From positions 1,266 through 65,265 of the forward strand of contig CANRZW010000018.1 of NCBI GenBank assembly GCA_947644545.1: a stretch of 64,000 nt of DNA, given 5' to 3'. The notes under the pieces are model-generated. The model ran no database searches. It saw only the letters and a program-made list of their open reading frames with translations, and was not told the origin of the DNA. The first letter of the stretch is position 1, and each line of letters begins with the position of its first letter. Shown here piece by piece: positions 18,514-28,489 of the stretch. This DNA comes from an uncultured Lachnospiraceae bacterium (lineage in GTDB: Bacteria > Bacillota > Clostridia > Lachnospirales > Lachnospiraceae). Made by a program: the position numbers and the translations under genes.

Positions 18514-18820
18514 CTTTTACTCCATTCCGAAGCGCTTTGCGCTGAGGACGCGAGCAGAATTTCAGATTCTGCTCTGCGATCAATAGAATTTGTGACACTT
18601 CGACACAAATTCTTGGTTGAATAAATTGCTCATCAGAGAATTTATTCAACCTTTACCTCCATTTCTTTCGCCTCCTTATGAAAATTGTATCAAAAAAATC
18701 TGACAAAATACACGACACAAAGCGGGAAATGAATAGATTTCTTAGATTTTTCATCCTTTTTCATATTTTTATTATTTTCTGATTGCAACAGACAGTTATA
18801 ATATATGGGGAGGATTTATC

Positions 18821-20620
18821 ATGAAAATGAATCTGGACAGAAAAAGTATCAAAATTAAATTAATAACTGCATTTGTGATTACTTCGATCATCCCGATTTT
18901 ACTTGTCAATATTATATATTTTTACAATTCGTCAAAACTTGTACGTCAGAATATTGAGAGCATGACCAGGGCAAACCTTGAGCAGACCAAGGTGAGCCTT
19001 GATGTGTGGCTGGATTCTTATGAAGATATTTTGTTTCAGGTTTACACGGATGATTATATCGTAGAACTGGTTGACAAGATCAATGATGGTGAAGATGTCG
19101 CCAATAACAGGAAACTGCTCAGAAAAACATTGAGGGGGTTATTCTATACAAAAGATTATGTAAAATCAATCTCTATCATTACTGAAAGCAGAGAGCTTGT
19201 ATTCTATGATCAGTTGACGGCATCCACTACACAGACATCCTGGTTGGACAGCATTGCTTTATCTCAGACGGAATTATATGAAGAAATCAGTGGTGATAAT
19301 AAAACGCATCTTTTTCCTACTGGAGAAAAAGTGATTTTCGGAAGTAATTCCTGCTATTTGTTTCACATGGGACATCGCATCATTGATTACCGGGATGTAC
19401 AGAAAAAATGTGGGATTGTTATCGTAAGCATTGATGTAAAACTTCTGGAAGAAGTCTGCGGGCCTCCTACGGAAAATGGATTGAATTTTATTGTGGACAA
19501 CAGCGGATATTTGGTATCCTGTTTAAATTCAAGCCTGGTCGGCAAGGATATTGCGGCTGAATGCATGAATGAAGAAGAAAAAACAGCTGTCTATCAACAG
19601 ATTGCAAGGGAGACAGAACTTTTGAAAAACAGGGAATTAGCTATTTATTCGGTGCATGATGAAAAAACGGGCTGGGAAATCATTCGTGCAACAGATCAGG
19701 ATGAGCTTGTCCGTGGGCTTCGTGTACAGCAAAAGATACTGGGGTTCATCATATTTCTTTCTCTGCTGGCAGTTTTGCTCATTATGGTCAGTCAAGTGAC
19801 ACGAATGACAGATTCGATAAAAAGAGTAGTGGAAACAATGAGGAAGGCAGGAAAGGGCGACTTAACGGTTCACGTGGTACAGGATGAGGCAAGGCCTACG
19901 GAGATAGAGATTATCGCAGAAGAATTTAATTCAATGATGGATAAACTAAAGCAGTCGATCGAGAAGCAGAAGAACGCGGAAATTACAGCGTTGGAAGCAC
20001 AGATCAATCCGCATTTTCTTTATAATACATTGGATACGATTAACTGGATTGCCATTGATAAGGACGAATATGAGATCAGCAATATGATTGCAACGCTTGC
20101 CCGGATATTGAGATATGGGATATCGGACAGTAATGGAATTGTAAAAATAAGAGATGAAATCGATTGGTTAAAGCAGTATATTTTTCTGCAGCAGACTAAA
20201 TTAAAAAATTCTTTTGAATGTTATATAAATGTGGAACCGGAACTTATGGATTTATCAGTGCACAAGCTGCTTTTACAGCCATTCATTGAGAATGCCATTC
20301 TGCATGGTTTTGAGGGGGTGGACAGGGCGCATCGTTTACAGATGTGTATGAAGAGGGAGGCTGATTTCATCAAAATAGAAATAGAGGATAATGGCTGTGG
20401 AATTTCTCCTGAAAAAGTGCAGGAGATGAATGAAGGAATATTTAAGAAAACGGATGATAAAAACCATATCGGCATGGAAAATGCGGTCACAAGATTACAT
20501 ATGTATTACGGGGAAACTGTAAAGGTTGTAATAGAGAGTGAACAGAGAAAGGGAATGGCGGTACGGATTTGGATTCCGATAGCAGGAGGAGAGAGCATTC
20601 ATGAAGGCAGTAGTAATTGA
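18821..20620 (+). CDS. YesM-type sensor histidine kinase (2 TM, periplasmic domain, HAMP, His_kinase, HATPase)
   Basis: LEAQINPHFLYNTLDTINWIA (His_kinase PF06580-type H-box), FIENAILHG, and DNGCGI. Confidence 0.9.
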   Translation: MKMNLDRKSIKIKLITAFVITSIIPILLVNIIYFYNSSKLVRQNIESMTRANLEQTKVSLDVWLDSYEDILFQVYTDDYIVELVDKINDGEDVANNRKLLRKTLRGLFYTKDYVKSISIITESRELVFYDQLTASTTQTSWLDSIALSQTELYEEISGDNKTHLFPTGEKVIFGSNSCYLFHMGHRIIDYRDVQKKCGIVIVSIDVKLLEEVCGPPTENGLNFIVDNSGYLVSCLNSSLVGKDIAAECMNEEEKTAVYQQIARETELLKNRELAIYSVHDEKTGWEIIRATDQDELVRGLRVQQKILGFIIFLSLLAVLLIMVSQVTRMTDSIKRVVETMRKAGKGDLTVHVVQDEARPTEIEIIAEEFNSMMDKLKQSIEKQKNAEITALEAQINPHFLYNTLDTINWIAIDKDEYEISNMIATLARILRYGISDSNGIVKIRDEIDWLKQYIFLQQTKLKNSFECYINVEPELMDLSVHKLLLQPFIENAILHGFEGVDRAHRLQMCMKREADFIKIEIEDNGCGISPEKVQEMNEGIFKKTDDKNHIGMENAVTRLHMYYGETVKVVIESEQRKGMAVRIWIPIAGGESIHEGSSN

Positions 20621-22133
20621 GGATGAGATATTGATCAGAGAGGGGCTTTGTAAATTGATGGAAAAGATGTTTCCTGAAATTGTGATCACGGGTACTGCCG
20701 GCAATGGACAGGAAGGACTTCTTTGTATCGAAAGAGAGCATCCGGATCTGATCATTACTGACATCAAAATGCCGATCATGGATGGACTGGAAATGATCGC
20801 CAAAGCGCAGGAATCAGGGATCTTCCCGAAGATAATTGTTTTGACCGCTTACTCGGAATTTTCCTACGCCCAGCAGGCTGTCAAACTGGGGGTAAATGAT
20901 TATATCATCAAACCTGTGGTTATTCAGGAATTTGTCCAGACAATTCGGAAGGTACAGAATCTGTATGAGCAGGAACAAAAAAGGACGCCGGATACAATGG
21001 GAAGCCTGGAAAATGTAATATCCGGCGTTTTATATGGAACTTCCTCATTGGACAAGGAAGTGGAAAGTTTTCTGGATAAGAAATATGGAATTGCAAAAGA
21101 TACTCCGCTGATCGAATTGCTTGTCTATCTGGGAGATAGTTATGAGGCAGAGAGGGAAAGAAAACGGAATGAACTGTGTCAGATATTAAGGCAGAAAGAA
21201 GTAAAGTACTGTCTGGCAGACATGGAATATGATAAAGCAATTCTGGCATTGGTCTATGACTATTCGTCCAGACAGGATATAGAACGATGGTATCAAAATC
21301 AGATTCTATTTCAAAGCAGGGGACAGCGGAAGCAGAAAGTCAGCTATGGCATGCTGGAAGTATCCGGAGTGTGTGAGGTCAGGGATGGATATCAGAAGCT
21401 TCTTCCCTATATGGATTGGAATATTATTTTAGGGGCGGATGTTTTAATATCATATCCTCATATAGCGGATATTCAGTCAGAAGTCTGTATTTATCCGGTG
21501 GAACTGGAAACGCAGATCAAGGCGGCAATCTGCATGGGAGAATATGAAAAAGTGAGGGAGATTTACAGGAAGTTCCACAGTTATTTCCTCAACGGACATG
21601 TTTATTCACCGAAAGAGATAAAAGAATCTTATGTACGTTTTGAGTGGTCTGTTTTAAATATTGCAAAAGAGGTTGGCTGCATTGACCATAAAGACATTGA
21701 TCAAAAAAGACTTTTGGATTCTGTCATGAATGCAAAGACAGAAAATGAGCTGGAAAGGACTTTTGAAGAAATACTCTGCCGTATGAATGTCTCTGATCAT
21801 GAAACAGGTGCAGTAAGCCTTGCCGTTAAAAAGGCACAGAGTATGATCCATGAGTTTTATGCGGATGGAATTACATTAAATGAAATTGCCGACAGGTTAA
21901 ATCTGACACAGGAGTATCTTGGCACTCAATTCCATAAGGAATTAGGTGAAAATTTCAGTACTTATATTCGCAGTTACCGTCTGGCAAAAGCAAAAGAGAT
22001 GCTGATAGGAACACAGTTGAAGCAATATGAAATATCGGAAAAAGTGGGATATGCCGATGCGAAGTATTTTGCAAGAGTATTTAAAGAATGTGTCGGTATG
22101 TCGCCTGCAGAGTACAGAAAATCTAATCGCTGA
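20601..22133 (+). CDS. YesN-type response regulator with AraC-family HTH output
   Basis: Receiver domain (AVVIEDEILIREGL, DLIITDIKMPIMDG) and a C-terminal AraC HTH (GYADAKYFARVFKECVGMSPAEYR). Confidence 0.9.
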   Translation: MKAVVIEDEILIREGLCKLMEKMFPEIVITGTAGNGQEGLLCIEREHPDLIITDIKMPIMDGLEMIAKAQESGIFPKIIVLTAYSEFSYAQQAVKLGVNDYIIKPVVIQEFVQTIRKVQNLYEQEQKRTPDTMGSLENVISGVLYGTSSLDKEVESFLDKKYGIAKDTPLIELLVYLGDSYEAERERKRNELCQILRQKEVKYCLADMEYDKAILALVYDYSSRQDIERWYQNQILFQSRGQRKQKVSYGMLEVSGVCEVRDGYQKLLPYMDWNIILGADVLISYPHIADIQSEVCIYPVELETQIKAAICMGEYEKVREIYRKFHSYFLNGHVYSPKEIKESYVRFEWSVLNIAKEVGCIDHKDIDQKRLLDSVMNAKTENELERTFEEILCRMNVSDHETGAVSLAVKKAQSMIHEFYADGITLNEIADRLNLTQEYLGTQFHKELGENFSTYIRSYRLAKAKEMLIGTQLKQYEISEKVGYADAKYFARVFKECVGMSPAEYRKSNR

Positions 22134-22274
22134 ACAGACATGGCAGATTTATGTGATCAGCTTAGATTATTTATCCTTTTTCACTTTTTTACCGTTTTGG
22201 AAAGGAATAGAAAGCAGTATGATGGATGCATCAAGAGGAACATAAACATATAAATGGTTTGAAGGAGGAAAGTA

Positions 22275-23582
22275 ATGAAAAGGAAAAAATTAATCGCATT
22301 ATTTGCAGTTTTAACAATGACTGCAGGTTTGATCACAGGATGTGGAACCTCAGGAAATACCGAAGAGTCCGCAGCATCAGTTGACGAAGGAGCAGCAGGT
22401 GAAGAAACAGCAGTTGATGAAGGAGCAGCTGAGGAGACTGCATCGGAAGCAGAGCCTGCCGGTGAAGCAGAGGCAGTAACGATCTGGTATTATTGGGAGA
22501 CAGAAGGCCATCAGGTTGCATTGGATCAGGTCATCCAGGAATATAATTCGTCACAGAGCAACTATGAAGTTTCGGCTAAGTATGTACCGTTTGCAGATTT
22601 TAAGAAGCAATTATCCATTGGCGCATCAGCAGATGAACTGCCGGATATTGCCATCCTGGATTCGCCGGATCATGCATCTTATGTGGAAATGGGCATCTTT
22701 GAGGATATAACCGGAAAATTCGATGTTGGAAATTATTATGAAGGAACCGTAAACTCCTGTACAGTAGATGATAAGCTGTATGGCGTACCGTTTGGGGTAA
22801 ATTGTCTGGCACTGTACTATAATGAGGATATGCTGAGTGCAGCAGGCTGTGAAGTTCCCACCACATGGGATGAATTAATGACTACGGCAAAAGCACTGAC
22901 AACTGACAGTGTTACGGGACTTGCGCTTTGCAGTGTACAGAATGAAGAAGGAACATTCAACTTTGTTCCATGGCTTTGGTCAACAGGAGCCACTTCTTAT
23001 GATATTAATAATGAAAATGGCATCCGGGCTTTGTCGTTCATTCAGAGTCTGATCAATGAAGGAGTTATGAGCAAGGAATGTATCAACTGGACGCAGGGCG
23101 ATGTTATGAACCAGTTTATCGCGGGGAATGTGGCAATGATGGAGAATGGACCATGGCAGATTCCGACCATGCAGTCAGAGGCTCCGGATCTGAACTGGAA
23201 AGTAACATTGATTCCTAAGGATTCTGAATATTCTTCTGTACTCGGAGGAGAAAACTACGCAGTGATCAGCGGCGGAAACGTAGAAGGAGCCTTGGATTTC
23301 CTGACTTATGCGACATCTGAAGAGCAGGTAAAATTCATGATGGATAAATTCGGGTATATTTCTGCAGACAAGACAATTGCAGCAAATCAGTTTGCAGCAG
23401 ATTCTCCTTACCAGCCGTTTGTTGAAGAACTGAATTACGCAATGCCGAGAGGCCCGCTGGCTGAATGGCCGAGCGTATCTGATGCAATTTCACTGGCATT
23501 CAATCAGGTGATTACGGGAACGGCAACACCAGAAGATGCGGCAGCAGAGGCTCAGGCAACAATTGACGGTATCGTAAAATAA
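22275..23582 (+). CDS. Sugar ABC transporter substrate-binding lipoprotein (CUT1 family)
   Basis: Lipobox LITGCG, an acidic linker, then an SBP_bac_1-like body (WYYWETEGH..., GENYAVISGG). Confidence 0.88.
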   Translation: MKRKKLIALFAVLTMTAGLITGCGTSGNTEESAASVDEGAAGEETAVDEGAAEETASEAEPAGEAEAVTIWYYWETEGHQVALDQVIQEYNSSQSNYEVSAKYVPFADFKKQLSIGASADELPDIAILDSPDHASYVEMGIFEDITGKFDVGNYYEGTVNSCTVDDKLYGVPFGVNCLALYYNEDMLSAAGCEVPTTWDELMTTAKALTTDSVTGLALCSVQNEEGTFNFVPWLWSTGATSYDINNENGIRALSFIQSLINEGVMSKECINWTQGDVMNQFIAGNVAMMENGPWQIPTMQSEAPDLNWKVTLIPKDSEYSSVLGGENYAVISGGNVEGALDFLTYATSEEQVKFMMDKFGYISADKTIAANQFAADSPYQPFVEELNYAMPRGPLAEWPSVSDAISLAFNQVITGTATPEDAAAEAQATIDGIVK

Positions 23583-23593
23583 AAATGCAGGAT

Positions 23594-23645
23594 AGCTGCC
23601 ACGCAGAGGGTTACACGATATATTCTGTGTGGCAGCTGTTTTTAT
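23594..23645 (+). terminator. Stem-loop/attenuating terminator between the SBP and permease genes
   Basis: agctgccac ... gtggcagct forms a 9-bp stem followed by gtttttat. Confidence 0.6.
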
Positions 23646-23666
23646 ACCTTAGAGGGAGGTGTTTTC

Positions 23667-24566
23667 ATGAAGAAAATTAAGAGGATGTTCCGATATGAGA
23701 ACGTAGGAATATTGTTTGTTTTCCCGGCGTTTCTATATATGCTGGTCTTTGTCGGTTATCCGATTATACGTAATATTATTTTAAGTTTTCAGGATGTGAG
23801 TGCAGGTAATCTTGTTCGCGGAACAAAAAGTTTTATCATGTTCGATAATTACTCAGCGCTTTTTCATGACAGTATTTTCAGGACTTCATTATCCAATACT
23901 CTTCGCTATACGATCTTATGTCTGGTTTTTCAGTTTATGATTGGATTTATCCTTGCACTTTTCTTTAATCAGAGGTTTGCATTAGCAAAGCCGATCAGAG
24001 GAATTTTGCTGGCGCCATGGATGATACCGGTTACGGTTACTGCGTTAATGTTTAAACTTTTGTTTGCAACTGACATTGGTGTTATTAATTATATTTTGAG
24101 AAGCCTTCATTTAATCAATAAAAATATTGAATGGCTGACTACTCCGGGAACGGCTATGTTTGCCCTGATCTGTGCAAACGTGTGGATTGGGATACCGTTT
24201 AATATGATACTGATCTCAACCGGTCTCACAACAATTCCAAAAGAGCTGTACGAGAGCGCGTCTATTGATGAGGCCAATAAGGTACAGACGTTCTTTAACA
24301 TTACGCTTCCGTTATTAAAGCCAACGATTGAATCAGTGTTGATTCTTGGCTTCATTTATACTTTTAAAGTATATGATCTTGTATATGTTATGACAAGCGG
24401 CGGCCCGGTCAATTCAACGCATATGTTGTCAACGTACTCTTATAAGCTGTCATTTGAAATGTTTAAGTACAGTAAGGGTTCTGCTGTTGCCAATGTACTG
24501 CTGCTAATATTGCTGGTGGTTGGCATTTTCTATATTAAAGTTACAACAGGCGGGGAGGAAGAATGA
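23667..24566 (+). CDS. Sugar ABC transporter permease (MalF/UgpA-like)
   Basis: Six predicted TM segments and an EAA-type loop (LYESASIDEANKVQTFFNITLPLLKP). Confidence 0.9.
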   Translation: MKKIKRMFRYENVGILFVFPAFLYMLVFVGYPIIRNIILSFQDVSAGNLVRGTKSFIMFDNYSALFHDSIFRTSLSNTLRYTILCLVFQFMIGFILALFFNQRFALAKPIRGILLAPWMIPVTVTALMFKLLFATDIGVINYILRSLHLINKNIEWLTTPGTAMFALICANVWIGIPFNMILISTGLTTIPKELYESASIDEANKVQTFFNITLPLLKPTIESVLILGFIYTFKVYDLVYVMTSGGPVNSTHMLSTYSYKLSFEMFKYSKGSAVANVLLLILLVVGIFYIKVTTGGEEE

Positions 24567-25414
24567 TGGATGGGGAAAAGAGATTAACAAGAAAAAAGAA
24601 TATTTTGTTTAGTGCGGCTTCGGTAGTGATTCTGTGCGTCCTTCTGTTTCCGCTTTACTGGGCGCTTATTACCTCATTGAAAACAGAACAGGAGATATTC
24701 CAGAATCCGCCGACGTTCTATCCGCATATTCTCAATTCAAAATCTTATGCGGCGCAGGTGGAAACCGGAGATTTTAACATGTTTCGTTCCTTTGCGAACA
24801 GTTTTCTGATATCCATCGGCGCAACTGTAATTGCGGTTTTGCTGGCGGTGCCGGCTTCTTATGGGATCGCAAAGTATCACTTTAAGGGCAGAAAAGTCAT
24901 GCTGCTGTCATTTTTGGTCACACAGATGCTTCCGGTATCAGTACTTTTAACACCCATGTTTATCATGTTTAAAAATATGTATGTATATAATACATGGATC
25001 GCGGCTGTACTGGCGGATGCAACAATAGGAATCCCTTTCTCGGTACTGATATTGAAGAATTATTTTTCATCAATACCAAAAGATTTGGAGGAGGCTGCTT
25101 ATCTGGATGGATGTAATAAGTTTACCGCATTTATCAGAATACTGATCCCGATTGCAAAACCGGGTGTTATGGTCTGTGCAATCTTTTCTTTTCTTTATGC
25201 ATGGGGGGATCTGGCCTACGGAATGACATTTATTCTGGATCAGGAAAAACGTCCGATTACGGCTGGAATTTTTAACTTTATGGGTCAGTATGGAACAAAA
25301 TGGAGCTACCTGACAGCTTTTGCAGTAGTGACCATTATCCCGGTGGCATTAATATTTATTTTTATGCAGAAGTATATTGTAAGCGGTATGACAAGCGGTG
25401 CAGTTAAAGGATAA
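24563..25414 (+). CDS. Sugar ABC transporter permease (MalG/UgpE-like)
   Basis: EAA loop DLEEAAYLDGCNKFTAFIRILIPIAKPG. Overlaps the upstream stop by 4 nt. Confidence 0.9.
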   Translation: MMDGEKRLTRKKNILFSAASVVILCVLLFPLYWALITSLKTEQEIFQNPPTFYPHILNSKSYAAQVETGDFNMFRSFANSFLISIGATVIAVLLAVPASYGIAKYHFKGRKVMLLSFLVTQMLPVSVLLTPMFIMFKNMYVYNTWIAAVLADATIGIPFSVLILKNYFSSIPKDLEEAAYLDGCNKFTAFIRILIPIAKPGVMVCAIFSFLYAWGDLAYGMTFILDQEKRPITAGIFNFMGQYGTKWSYLTAFAVVTIIPVALIFIFMQKYIVSGMTSGAVKG

Positions 25415-25503
25415 TGGTGCAACCTTTTCCTTCCCTGAAAGGTATTACAGATAGGAACAATAACTTTGTTGAAGTATCGGGACTTTTCGGAGGAGGAAAA
25501 TTT

Positions 25504-27465
25504 ATGAGAAAAAAAGTTGTGCGGAAGAAAAAGTATGGGGCAGGAGTGGCGGCGGTCTGTCTGACAGGAGTGATCCTGCTGGCCGGCTGCGGCAGCGGCG
25601 GTGAGACAACATCCACGCCGGGTGATTTGGACATGATCGGAGATACAACGGATACGCCGAGTGGTGTAGACGTTACCGGAGAAGCAACGGACACGCCAGA
25701 TGATTCCGGCAATACCGGAGAGGCAGCAGGGGAGTCAGGGAATCCGGATGCCGCTGGAAGAGACGCGGCAAAGTATGAGGCGGGGCAGGAAGATGGCGGA
25801 ATAAGCGGCGGTCTGTCCGGTTCGCCGCAAGAGGAACCGTCTGCAACGGAAAATGCCCGGTCAGCGGAGCAGGAGGATACTGCAGAGAAATCAGAATTCT
25901 CCGCGGCCGATGGAGGCGGGTTCTCTGCCGACATGAAAGAGAAAAGAGCGATGACGGGCGGCTATCTGGAATCCTGTTATTCTTATGAGTGGGAGCCGGG
26001 GCAGTATTCTGCGGAGGAATACAGTCAATGGGAGGAGACGGGCTTTGTCTCCGTCATGGCAGAACCGTTGTCTACGTTTGCAGCGGATGTAGACACGGCT
26101 TCCTACAGTAATCTGCGGCGGCTGATCCGGGAAGGCTATACACTGGAAGGCATTCCGGAAGGCGCGGTGCGTATCGAAGAGCTGCTCAATTATTTTGACT
26201 ACGATCATAAGGGTCCGTCGAAGGAAGAGCCGTTTGGTGTGACGACGCAGATTGGCAGATGCCCCTGGAATGAGAATGCGGATCTTCTGATGATCGGGTT
26301 AAAGACGCAGGAGATTGATTATGCACAGGCGCCGCCTTCTAATCTGGTATTTTTGCTGGATGTGTCGGGGTCCATGGACTCTTATGATAAGCTGCCGCTT
26401 TTGCAGGAGGCCTTCGGACTTCTGGCGGAGCATCTGACAGGCAGGGACAGGATTTCTGTCGTGACCTATGCCGAGGACACCCGGACAGTGCTGGACGGGG
26501 TGCGGGGCAGTGAGACGGAGAAGATTGTGACGACGCTGAACGCTCTTACGGCGAACGGCGGCACTTACGGGAGCAAGGGGATAGAGACGGCGTATGCGCT
26601 GGCGGAGCAGCATTTTATACAGGGCGGCAATAATCGTATTATCCTGGCTACGGACGGCGACCTGAATATCGGGATGACCAGCGAGAAGGAGCTGGAAGAT
26701 CTGATCACGGCCAAAAAGGAATCCGGTATTTTCCTGTCTGTGCTCGGATTCGGTACGGGAAATATCAAGGACAATAAAATGGAGATCCTGGCCGATAAAG
26801 GTAACGGTAATTATGCCTACATAGATAATCTGCAGGAGGCGCGGAAGGTGCTGGTAGAAGAGATGGCCGCAACGCTGCTTACCGTATGCAAGGATGTGAA
26901 ATTTCAGGTGGAGTTTAACCCGGCCGTGGTAGAAAGCTATCGTCTGTTGGGGTATGAGAACCGCGCTCTGGCATCGGAGGACTTCCACGACGACACAAAG
27001 GATGCGGGGGAAATTGGGGCAGGGCACAGCGTGACGGTGCTTTATGAGATCATCAGGAAGGGTGCCGGCAATCACGCCAAATTGGAGAAAGGGATAGAAG
27101 ATCTGAAGTATGGCAGGGAATATAAAGAAGCGTTGGCGGCCGACAGGACTGCCGCCGGGCAGTATCCGTCTGCTTCGATGAAAGAATGGCTGACACTCAG
27201 CATCCGCTACAAGCGTCCGGCGGAGAAATGCAGTTCGATTCTGGAATATCCGGTGGGATATGAGAGTTATACATCCACACCGGATGAGGATTTTGTCTTC
27301 GCGGCGGCGGTAGCGGAGTTTGGTCTGCTGGTATCCCACAGCAGATATCCGGAGAATGCGTCGCTGTATCATGTCGATAAGACGCTGCGGTCTCTGGAGC
27401 TGACGGATGCGTATAGGAAAGAGTTTGTGGAACTGGCGAATACCCTCTATAGTACGGTCAGATGA
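25504..27465 (+). CDS. von Willebrand factor type A (vWA) domain lipoprotein, YfbK-like
   Basis: ATG at 25504 follows ggaggagg. Lipobox LLAGCGSG. The vWA MIDAS motif LVFLLDVSGSMDS is present, with later LATDGDLN and a C-terminal DUF3520-like region. Confidence 0.85.
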   Translation: MRKKVVRKKKYGAGVAAVCLTGVILLAGCGSGGETTSTPGDLDMIGDTTDTPSGVDVTGEATDTPDDSGNTGEAAGESGNPDAAGRDAAKYEAGQEDGGISGGLSGSPQEEPSATENARSAEQEDTAEKSEFSAADGGGFSADMKEKRAMTGGYLESCYSYEWEPGQYSAEEYSQWEETGFVSVMAEPLSTFAADVDTASYSNLRRLIREGYTLEGIPEGAVRIEELLNYFDYDHKGPSKEEPFGVTTQIGRCPWNENADLLMIGLKTQEIDYAQAPPSNLVFLLDVSGSMDSYDKLPLLQEAFGLLAEHLTGRDRISVVTYAEDTRTVLDGVRGSETEKIVTTLNALTANGGTYGSKGIETAYALAEQHFIQGGNNRIILATDGDLNIGMTSEKELEDLITAKKESGIFLSVLGFGTGNIKDNKMEILADKGNGNYAYIDNLQEARKVLVEEMAATLLTVCKDVKFQVEFNPAVVESYRLLGYENRALASEDFHDDTKDAGEIGAGHSVTVLYEIIRKGAGNHAKLEKGIEDLKYGREYKEALAADRTAAGQYPSASMKEWLTLSIRYKRPAEKCSSILEYPVGYESYTSTPDEDFVFAAAVAEFGLLVSHSRYPENASLYHVDKTLRSLELTDAYRKEFVELANTLYSTVR

Positions 27466-27564
27466 TTGGATCAGATTGGATAAAATGATGGAAAAGAAGT
27501 GCAGAAAGCAGTATAGAGTACCATAATCCCAATTAAACTCAAATTTACAATCGATTGAACAGTA

Positions 27565-27597
27565 AAAATCCCTGCTCCGAAAAGGAGCAGGGATTTT
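27565..27597. terminator. Bidirectional terminator between the convergent vWA and hsp20 genes
   Basis: aaaatccctgctcc-gaaaa-ggagcagggatttt forms a perfect 14-bp stem with A/T tracts on both sides. Confidence 0.85.
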
Positions 27598-27628
27598 ATA
27601 AAATAATGGATAAACGGGGAATCAAAGA

Positions 27629-28081
27629 CTACTTCACTTCAATCTTCTTCACTTCTTCTTTCGCGGCAATCTCCTTCTTCGGGAACTTCACTTCCAGAAT
27701 ACCGTTGTTGTAGGAAGCGTCGATATCGCCGGGCTCCACGTCGTTCACGCGGAAACTTCTGGAATATGAGCTGTAATAACGCTCCCGGCGGATATATTTG
27801 TTCTTGTCCTCTTCGTTCTTTTCTTCCTTGTGGGAAGCGGAGATGGTGAGCAGGCTGTCCTTCAAGTCAATGTTGATATCGGATTTGTCGAAGCCGGGCA
27901 GTTCTGCCTGCAGCAGGTAGCTGTCGCCCTGGTCGATCACGTCCGTCTTGAAGGCGTCGAAGGTTGCCAGTTCGTTGTTGCCCCAGAAGTTCTTGAAGGC
28001 GTTGTCAAACATCTGATCGAAGGAATCATCAAAAAACATGGGTTTATAGGTACGATTGTTGAATAATGCTGGTCTTAACAT
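27629..28081 (-). CDS. Hsp20/alpha-crystallin family small heat-shock protein
   Basis: Alpha-crystallin domain (DVIDQGDSYLLQAELPGFDKSDINIDLKDSLLTISA ... ASYNNGILEVKFPK). ATG at 28081 lies 8 nt after AGGAG. The track start at 28090 (GTG) lies inside that SD. Confidence 0.9.
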   Translation of the reverse strand: MLRPALFNNRTYKPMFFDDSFDQMFDNAFKNFWGNNELATFDAFKTDVIDQGDSYLLQAELPGFDKSDINIDLKDSLLTISASHKEEKNEEDKNKYIRRERYYSSYSRSFRVNDVEPGDIDASYNNGILEVKFPKKEIAAKEEVKKIEVK

Positions 28082-28489
28082 AAAAGTCACTCCTCTTTTC
28101 TTATACTATGCGGCCTGCGCTCTGGCGGTGTGCCGCATGCTGCCGGTTTATTTGTTTGTAAATGATGCTGTGACAGCCAGAATATCTGGTCTGTTAACAG
28201 TTACCTGTTATCAGTATGACCGAATTTCACGTTCCGATGCGTATCTGATAACTTGTTTGCTGTTTATAATTGTTATACAACATATATAACATAATATCAA
28301 TTATGGAAATCTAAAGCATTTCTTAAAGAAAAATAAAGCGGGATCTGTAAAAATTATATGGGAAGCAGACTGAGAATATGGTAGCATAGAGGAAGAAATA
28401 AAGAATACTGCACCGGAAAATCATTATGTTAAAAAACTTGTCAGAGAAAAAATAAAACGCGCATACAGCAGCGCAGAAAAGAGGGATTC

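Noticed and set aside
25404-25934. A 176-aa minus-strand ORF lies opposite the N-terminal low-complexity region of the vWA lipoprotein.
   Set aside because: It is antisense to a Gly/Asp/Thr/Ala-rich linker. The product is a Pro/Ser/Ala-rich string without a start context.
28091-28300. I searched for a CIRCE (HrcA) element or CtsR repeats upstream of hsp20.
   Set aside because: Neither consensus sequence is present by eye. Only unrelated palindromes are present, and these are reported separately.
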